Assembly (NCBI GenBank): GCA_048939245.1
Contig: JBHLPR010000072.1
Location: forward strand, 1-11,319
DNA length: 11,319 nt
Direction of reading: 5' to 3'
From: Promethearchaeota archaeon
GTDB taxonomy: Archaea > Asgardarchaeota > Hermodarchaeia > Hermodarchaeales > Hermodarchaeaceae
Positions 7,301 through 11,319 of this stretch are shown piece by piece (within the stretch, counting starts at the first letter, position 1; each line of letters starts with the position of its first letter). The notes under the pieces are model-generated. The model saw only the letters and a list, made by a program, of their open reading frames with translations. It did not search any database and had not been told where the DNA came from. The translations under genes were made by a program, and so were the position numbers.

Positions 7301-9591
7301 TTAAGAAGCCGTCCAAAGTTTGGCACAATATCTTTCAATTGATAACGACGTCGGTTGTGAAGTGTCTCCACTAAATCATCAAGTGCCTTTTGTTTAGATT
7401 TCGAAATAAGGTGTATATGTTTGTTGAATTGGAGAATATCTTCTGATTGAATTCTAATCTGATAGTAAATCCTTTCCCGATAGGGCCCTTTGGTAATAGT
7501 TCTTTCTTTGATGGTAGCAAAAATACCTATAGTAGCCAACAAGTCGCTAATTTGATACGCTAATTTCCTACTGACAGTTGTAGCTGAGATGGAAGTGCTA
7601 TGTTTAGAGATTGTACCATCGCCAGAAAAATATCCAGATAGTAAGGCACATTTGAATGAGTAGGGAGAATTTAGAAACTCCTCTGGAATTCGTTTTTCTC
7701 TCGCTCCGGATCCGAATTTTTCTTTGAACCATTGTGCTATACTCGATTGGCAAAGGAAAACACCCTCTTCGAAAGGTGAGGCTTTACCAAATGTAGACTT
7801 GAGATCATTTTCAAGAGTGCTGTTTATCATTTTATTAAGATTCGAAAACTTGATCGAGGGTTTCTCAACATTTCCTTCTGCTAGATAAAGTCCAATTATC
7901 CGACCTATGGGTTCTCCTAGCTCGATTGTTTTTGGAAACCAACTATTATCACGCTTACACCGGAGCCACGAACCTTCAGGCAAAGATATCTGATTATGGA
8001 TTATTGCACCCATCGTGTTGGGTGTAACATTTGAATGTGCAGCTGCCTCTCTAGCGCTTATTACACCAGTCTTTACTTGTTCAATTTGATTAGTAATTAT
8101 ATCCGTGTAAACCAGTTGATCATTTGGAAATTCCATGCCAAAATCAATGATCGAGTTGCCACTTTCTAAATTCGTTCTTCTTGCCACAGGCAAATAAGTA
8201 CCCGGTTTAAGTTCGTTGGCTTTCAGTACTTCTAAGCGACCATTGAGAATTGTTGTAAATGAGTGATCAGGAGTTGCTATCACACTTCTTCCAGAACGAG
8301 TGTTAATCCTAACGAGTTTGGATGATTGATGACGGCTAACCTCATAGACTTTTGATCTTCGTATCTTTAATGAGAATGGATCCATAGCCTGGGTGAAAAT
8401 AGAAATAGATTCGGGTAAAGAAAGAATTTCAGTATGACCGTTTTCGATAATGTCATCTGAAAAGTCAGTCATCTGTTTATCAACGAAGGAACCGATCGGC
8501 TCTGTATTCCATTGAATATGGTTTTTTTTCTGATACCCAACATATATTCGTTCAGTACCATGGATACTCTTAGCGGTTCCGGGATCGCCTACGAGGAGGA
8601 TGTTGGAGTCGCCGCGGATTTTGACGCCGTCGGAGAGGACTTTGCTGACGCCGCCGAAGAGGAGGAGGCAGACGGCTTCTTTGATGTCGGTGAGGCCGTA
8701 GATGGAGGGGGCGATGGAGTTGACGAGTTTTCGGTGGATGAGGGGGTCTGTGGCGAGTTCGCGGATTTCTTCTTCTTCTTTGGGTTCGATTTCGACGCGA
8801 TCGGCTTCTCTTTCGGATACGGCTACGTAATTGGTGGCTAAGAAGACGCTGAAGGTGGGGGCTTTGCGTCGGGTGCGAGCGGTGGTATCTTGGGTGGATC
8901 GTAGGATACCGACGACACGGCAGGGGTCGCCGGGGCGTGCGATATCGACTAGATCGTCTTGTAATATGCAATCGAGGGCGCGTGGGAGCGCGCCGGGAGG
9001 GAGTTCTTCGGGTTTCTCTTGAAGGCGGATTTTTTGCCAATCAACGAATTTGGAGCGTTCGGGGATGAGATCGAATGGGCCTTTACTTCGACAGGCATCA
9101 TTTGTACAGAGTGAGGGAGGAATGAATTGGTTGGCTTGTTGAACATAGATGATTTCTTGGCATTGGCGGCACTGGAATACGCCTTCAACGAGAAGTGGTT
9201 TTACATCACTGACTCGAGTGACGAGTGCATCGACCATGATTAGTTGACCGATGTGTTCTGCGCGAATAAAACGTACTGAGACCCGGTCAGGGACTTCTTT
9301 AAATCGTGCGTGGAGATTTTCGATGGACTCTGAATAATCAGAATCAACAACGCGAAGAATGCGTCGGATTGCGGCAGAAGCGGCATCGATGGCTCGTTGC
9401 GGGTTCTCTTTGGTTGCAGCGGCTAGTTCGGGGTCGAATGTGAGTAATTGATTGAAATCAATGGGTACTGAAATGTGCTTTTCTAGACTCAGACGGGCGA
9501 TAGCGTCATTATAGGGGGTCTCGCCGTCTTCTGTTTTATAGGATTTCAGAAACTCTTCATAGCGAGTAATATAGTCGATTTCTTCAGTCAC
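4375..9591 (-). CDS. mcm: MCM replicative helicase precursor (1738 aa) with two inteins; spliced protein 688 aa
   Basis: N-terminal Zn finger CRQC...CTNDAC, DWQKIRLQEKPE, APSIYG, Walker A GDPGTAK/SQLL, GKGSTAAGLTAAV, Walker B CIDEFDKM, HEAMEQH/TVSIAKAG, AAANP, Arg finger LSRFD, sensor 2 TARQLESLIR and a C-terminal winged helix. The GTG start overlaps the end of gins23 by 8 nt. Confidence 0.98.
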   Translation of the reverse strand: MTEEIDYITRYEEFLKSYKTEDGETPYNDAIARLSLEKHISVPIDFNQLLTFDPELAAATKENPQRAIDAASAAIRRILRVVDSDYSESIENLHARFKEVPDRVSVRFIRAEHIGQLIMVDALVTRVSDVKPLLVEGVFQCRQCQEIIYVQQANQFIPPSLCTNDACRSKGPFDLIPERSKFVDWQKIRLQEKPEELPPGALPRALDCILQDDLVDIARPGDPCRVVGILRSTQDTTARTRRKAPTFSVFLATNYVAVSEREADRVEIEPKEEEEIRELATDPLIHRKLVNSIAPSIYGLTDIKEAVCLLLFGGVSKVLSDGVKIRGDSNILLVGDPGTAKSIHGTERIYVGYQKKNHIQWNTEPIGSFVDKQMTDFSDDIIENGHTEILSLPESISIFTQAMDPFSLKIRRSKVYEVSRHQSSKLVRINTRSGRSVIATPDHSFTTILNGRLEVLKANELKPGTYLPVARRTNLESGNSIIDFGMEFPNDQLVYTDIITNQIEQVKTGVISAREAAAHSNVTPNTMGAIIHNQISLPEGSWLRCKRDNSWFPKTIELGEPIGRIIGLYLAEGNVEKPSIKFSNLNKMINSTLENDLKSTFGKASPFEEGVFLCQSSIAQWFKEKFGSGAREKRIPEEFLNSPYSFKCALLSGYFSGDGTISKHSTSISATTVSRKLAYQISDLLATIGIFATIKERTITKGPYRERIYYQIRIQSEDILQFNKHIHLISKSKQKALDDLVETLHNRRRYQLKDIVPNFGRLLNDAYKELRIKSRRGTWTREFLGELRGKTHRQRIGRKYLQSVVSKLSTLSSIQSPTLTWLHTLAYSDLFWDPITSIEKITQPTAVYDIATSDGHFVLAHGNLVVHNSQLLKYVAQIAPRGLYTSGKGSTAAGLTAAVLRDPDTEGFALEAGALVLADRGTACIDEFDKMRPQDRTAIHEAMEQHSFHPSFEVMFSSGEKQKIGDFVDGLFETRANRKVEGVNCEIIPIDESDVELFTTDFNHVFQTRINRVSRHHAPDYFIRLRYSNGREILVTPEHPVFVFANRGIRDVPAEEIQVGSLVPAPRKLDFPRADYVLETDIAKGRKFVKLPNRMCVALATFLGYYVSEGYCYKGSTYEVGLSNTNVDVIQRMKRTISNSFGIEPLDYTIKNRTLRIVSKSLFNYLVRNFSELMKISSEKRIPYQIFGSSKEIKLAFLRAAFEGDGAVESESVAYSTSSEGLAGDYQDLLLSLGIHTRIVSEDYLTRKSKDAKTRYKVYIRGPFIADFAELVVPELSQSHTHLRWLVERSKNFDRNYDVLPAEVREILIECLRYVEVSYKYPLRKKYAITRKVVNRFTKMIQNRLDVIEARNSGTDALPKLIQQHKYLHTTISPVVEGGETIAHFTESNADISESHKEIQSWDPLSVLQELDDVKEMLRLIKRLMRFRWLRVVEVEKIRNEGASKTDWVYDITVIPTKTFISQGLLLHNTVSIAKAGIVATLNARTAILAAANPNLGRYVPERSFAENVNLPVTLLSRFDLIFTLTDLPEAERDERTAEHIIALHKKKGQTKDPPIRADLLRKYIAYARRSISPALTDEALNVIKDFYLGMRKSGERENAPVPITARQLESLIRLTEAHAKMALRDKVLAEDAQASVRLVQVSLQQVGFDSETGQYDIDNIMIGRAKSQRDKLQAILTMIRELEKETPSGVTMEKLEERAELDGISAAFVRQAVVQLRDKDGLIFEPRPGRLKYIKGA
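5185..6753 (-). mobile_element. Intein 2 in MCM (523 aa, residues 947-1469) with LAGLIDADG homing endonuclease, inserted just after Walker B/HEAMEQ
   Basis: Junctions are HEAMEQH|SFHPSFEV...GLLLHN|TVSIAKAG. Block B VTPEH, block C FLGYYVSEG, block E FLRAAFEGDG, block F WVYDITVIPTKTF, terminal His-Asn and +1 Thr. Confidence 0.96.
6988..8568 (-). mobile_element. Intein 1 in MCM (527 aa, residues 342-868) with LAGLIDADG homing endonuclease, inserted in Walker A (MCM/Cdc21-a site)
   Basis: Junctions are GDPGTAK|SIHGTERI...GNLVVHN|SQLL. Block B ATPDH, block C IIGLYLAEG, block E LLSGYFSGDG, block F VYDIATSDGHF, terminal His-Asn and +1 Ser. The interior is AT-rich compared with its flanks. Confidence 0.96.
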
Positions 9592-10141
9592 TAATCTCTA
9601 TCTCCGTTACTTCTTTCTGCCAATTACGTAAAAGAATGACGAGTCTGTCAAAAAGCCATCGTTCTTCTTCCGTCATTTTCTTTTTTATTTCACGGAGTCT
9701 TTCTTCTCGTAATGACAATTTCATTAATTTCAGTAGCCGATTATCGATAAGGTCGCGTAGTAATGTTTCCATTTTTGTTTGTGCAGCTATTCGAACATCA
9801 TTGGGAGTATTCTTATTTTGGAGGGCAAGGTGTTCAATAGCATTTCGAATTTGAAAATAGTAGTTAGGTGGTAGTGATTGAAGAACCGGTTCTCCAGTTT
9901 CTCGCCAAAGTGCTTTTTGAAGGTCTGGTACCCCAATAGCAGGATCCTTAATTTGTGCCATATTATTTTTAATTAACACCGTGGCTACCCAACGAGGGAC
10001 ATCGAGTTCCCGCCCTTTTTCGATAGGACCATATGTCGACTCATTAATTGTGAATTCGTCCACCGTTTTAGTTGCAACAATTGTCACGGTTGCATTCTCA
10101 AATTGAAATCCAAGTGCGCCTTTCATATGTTGTGTTTCCAT
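9584..10141 (-). CDS. gins23: GINS complex subunit, Gins23 (Psf2/Psf3-like, B-A domain order)
   Basis: An N-terminal beta-rich B-domain with YGPIEKGRELDVPRWVA (Psf2-like VPxWxA) is followed by a helical A-domain with LQSLPPNYY, RLLKL and MTEEERWLF. It lies immediately upstream of mcm, the usual archaeal position, with GGAG upstream of the ATG. Confidence 0.88.
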   Translation of the reverse strand: METQHMKGALGFQFENATVTIVATKTVDEFTINESTYGPIEKGRELDVPRWVATVLIKNNMAQIKDPAIGVPDLQKALWRETGEPVLQSLPPNYYFQIRNAIEHLALQNKNTPNDVRIAAQTKMETLLRDLIDNRLLKLMKLSLREERLREIKKKMTEEERWLFDRLVILLRNWQKEVTEIEISD

Positions 10142-10161
10142 TCTTTGTTCTCTCCATTTTA

Positions 10162-11319
10162 TTAATCAAAATTAGTATCCGTTGATTGGCGGCGTTGTAG
10201 AATTTCACTGACACGTTCGTCGAATACTTCAACAGGGATATCCATCAGGGTTAAGCGAGCCCGGCGTCCCCGTTGACCGGTTCCGATACCTTCTACCACC
10301 TTTCCGATGATGCCTAGGGTTACTAATGCATCGATGGTTTTTCTAAAGGTTGGCAGAGCCTGTTTTTTTACTCCGAATTCTTCGCAGATTAATTGGTAAC
10401 GTTCATAGACCTTTGCGATGGTTGTAGAGCTTGATTTTTGGGCTTTTAGTTCTCGCGTGAGTGCAGCAAGAACGAGAATTTCCTGGTCACGGAGACCATA
10501 CAAAACATCAGAACGTAACTCCGAATAGACTTCTTGTTTGGCTCTCCGGATTAAATCAGGTGTAATTGGACGGACATTATACCTGTCTGCGGCTTTTCCA
10601 GCAAGATACATTATTTCAATACCGTGTCGGGCATTCTGTGTTGATGCAGCGATATTGGCAACCATGTGTAGAATTTCATCGGTAACTACGTCTTTATGGA
10701 ACGCCATTTCAGCGCGGTACTTGAAGATTTTATAAAGCTCATCTTGGTCATAAGCTGGCATATCAATTCGATCATGAAGTCGACCAGAAAGAGGAAAACT
10801 CAGAGTATTTTGCCAATCAACAACACGGCAGGCGATTAGCGTTGAGATGAATGCCTGTCCATGCTCTGCTACTTCACTGGCATGAATTAAACTGAGAAGA
10901 TCTTGCCCGAGCAAATAAGCTTCATCAAGACATAGGACTAAACGGATTTTTTCCCGGGACAGTCGGCGATTAATCATTGTAGTAATTTCTTCATCAGAAA
11001 ATCCACGACTTGTAACTTTGAACCTTTCTGTAAGTAAATCACGAAGAATCGCACTTTTTGTCCTAAACATAAAGCAGTCGTAGTATTCGAACCGAACTTT
11101 GATTCCACGTTTTGCGGCGGCTTTTTCCAGCCCGCGTCCAAAATAGCGGATTGAAACGGTTTTCCCAGTTCCAGGTTTTCCGACAACAGCGACATTTACC
11201 GCATAGGCCCCATCTTTGTTAAGTAAAGCTTTGAAAGTGTGACTAAGCCGGACAAGTTGATTCTCGCGGTTAGGGAGTTCAGGGGGAACAAAAGCTGGAT
11301 GAAGTGTCTCTTCATTTTT
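10162..11319 (-). CDS. cdc6: Orc1/Cdc6 replication initiator family AAA+ ATPase, 5'-truncated by the window edge
   Basis: The frame is open from 11319 (KNEETLHPAFVPPELPNRENQL...VAVVGKPGTGKT...YYDCFMFRTK), so the ATG at 11070 is internal. Walker A GKPGTGKT, Walker B LCLDEA, SGRL, MPAYDQDELYKIFKYRA, sensor 2 NAR and a C-terminal winged helix with wing GQRGR. Confidence 0.93.
   Translation of the reverse strand, partial: KNEETLHPAFVPPELPNRENQLVRLSHTFKALLNKDGAYAVNVAVVGKPGTGKTVSIRYFGRGLEKAAAKRGIKVRFEYYDCFMFRTKSAILRDLLTERFKVTSRGFSDEEITTMINRRLSREKIRLVLCLDEAYLLGQDLLSLIHASEVAEHGQAFISTLIACRVVDWQNTLSFPLSGRLHDRIDMPAYDQDELYKIFKYRAEMAFHKDVVTDEILHMVANIAASTQNARHGIEIMYLAGKAADRYNVRPITPDLIRRAKQEVYSELRSDVLYGLRDQEILVLAALTRELKAQKSSSTTIAKVYERYQLICEEFGVKKQALPTFRKTIDALVTLGIIGKVVEGIGTGQRGRRARLTLMDIPVEVFDERVSEILQRRQSTDTNFD

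Noticed and set aside
8512-9188. Low-complexity overlapping ORFs (8512-8841 + Asp/Gly-rich, 8570-9040 - Arg/Pro-rich, 8831-9022 +, 8949-9188 -)
   Set aside because: They are by-products of the extreme C-ending codon tract in mcm, which suppresses stops in other frames. They have no recognisable motifs.
10974-11195. 73-aa ORF suggesting a frameshifted cdc6 N-terminus
   Set aside because: The cdc6 frame is continuous from 11319 through Walker A to the stop at 10162. The small ORF is an off-frame shadow.

Overview
Archaeal chromosomal window (TACK/Asgard-like by gene content and tRNA intron style; this taxonomy is an inference). The + strand carries the 3' part of an extended-SDR NAD-dependent epimerase/dehydratase, followed by a tRNA-Pro(GGG) gene that the ORF track does not show. 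That tRNA has two introns at non-canonical positions (D-loop 17/17a and anticodon stem 39/40), each with a readable bulge-helix-bulge motif. The - strand carries a tightly packed probable operon: orc1/cdc6 (5'-truncated), gins23, mcm, hel308 and a Zn-dependent deacetylase (HDAC family). MCM is interrupted by two full-size Ser1 LAGLIDADG inteins of 527 and 523 aa. Most noteworthy are the double-intron tRNA, an apparent AUA start for hel308, a mirror-image wobble-position bias (C/A before, G/T after) around the MCM intein block, and an HDAC at the end of a replication operon. I see no clearly new multi-gene system; the novelty candidates are at the level of RNA processing, translation initiation, composition and gene context.
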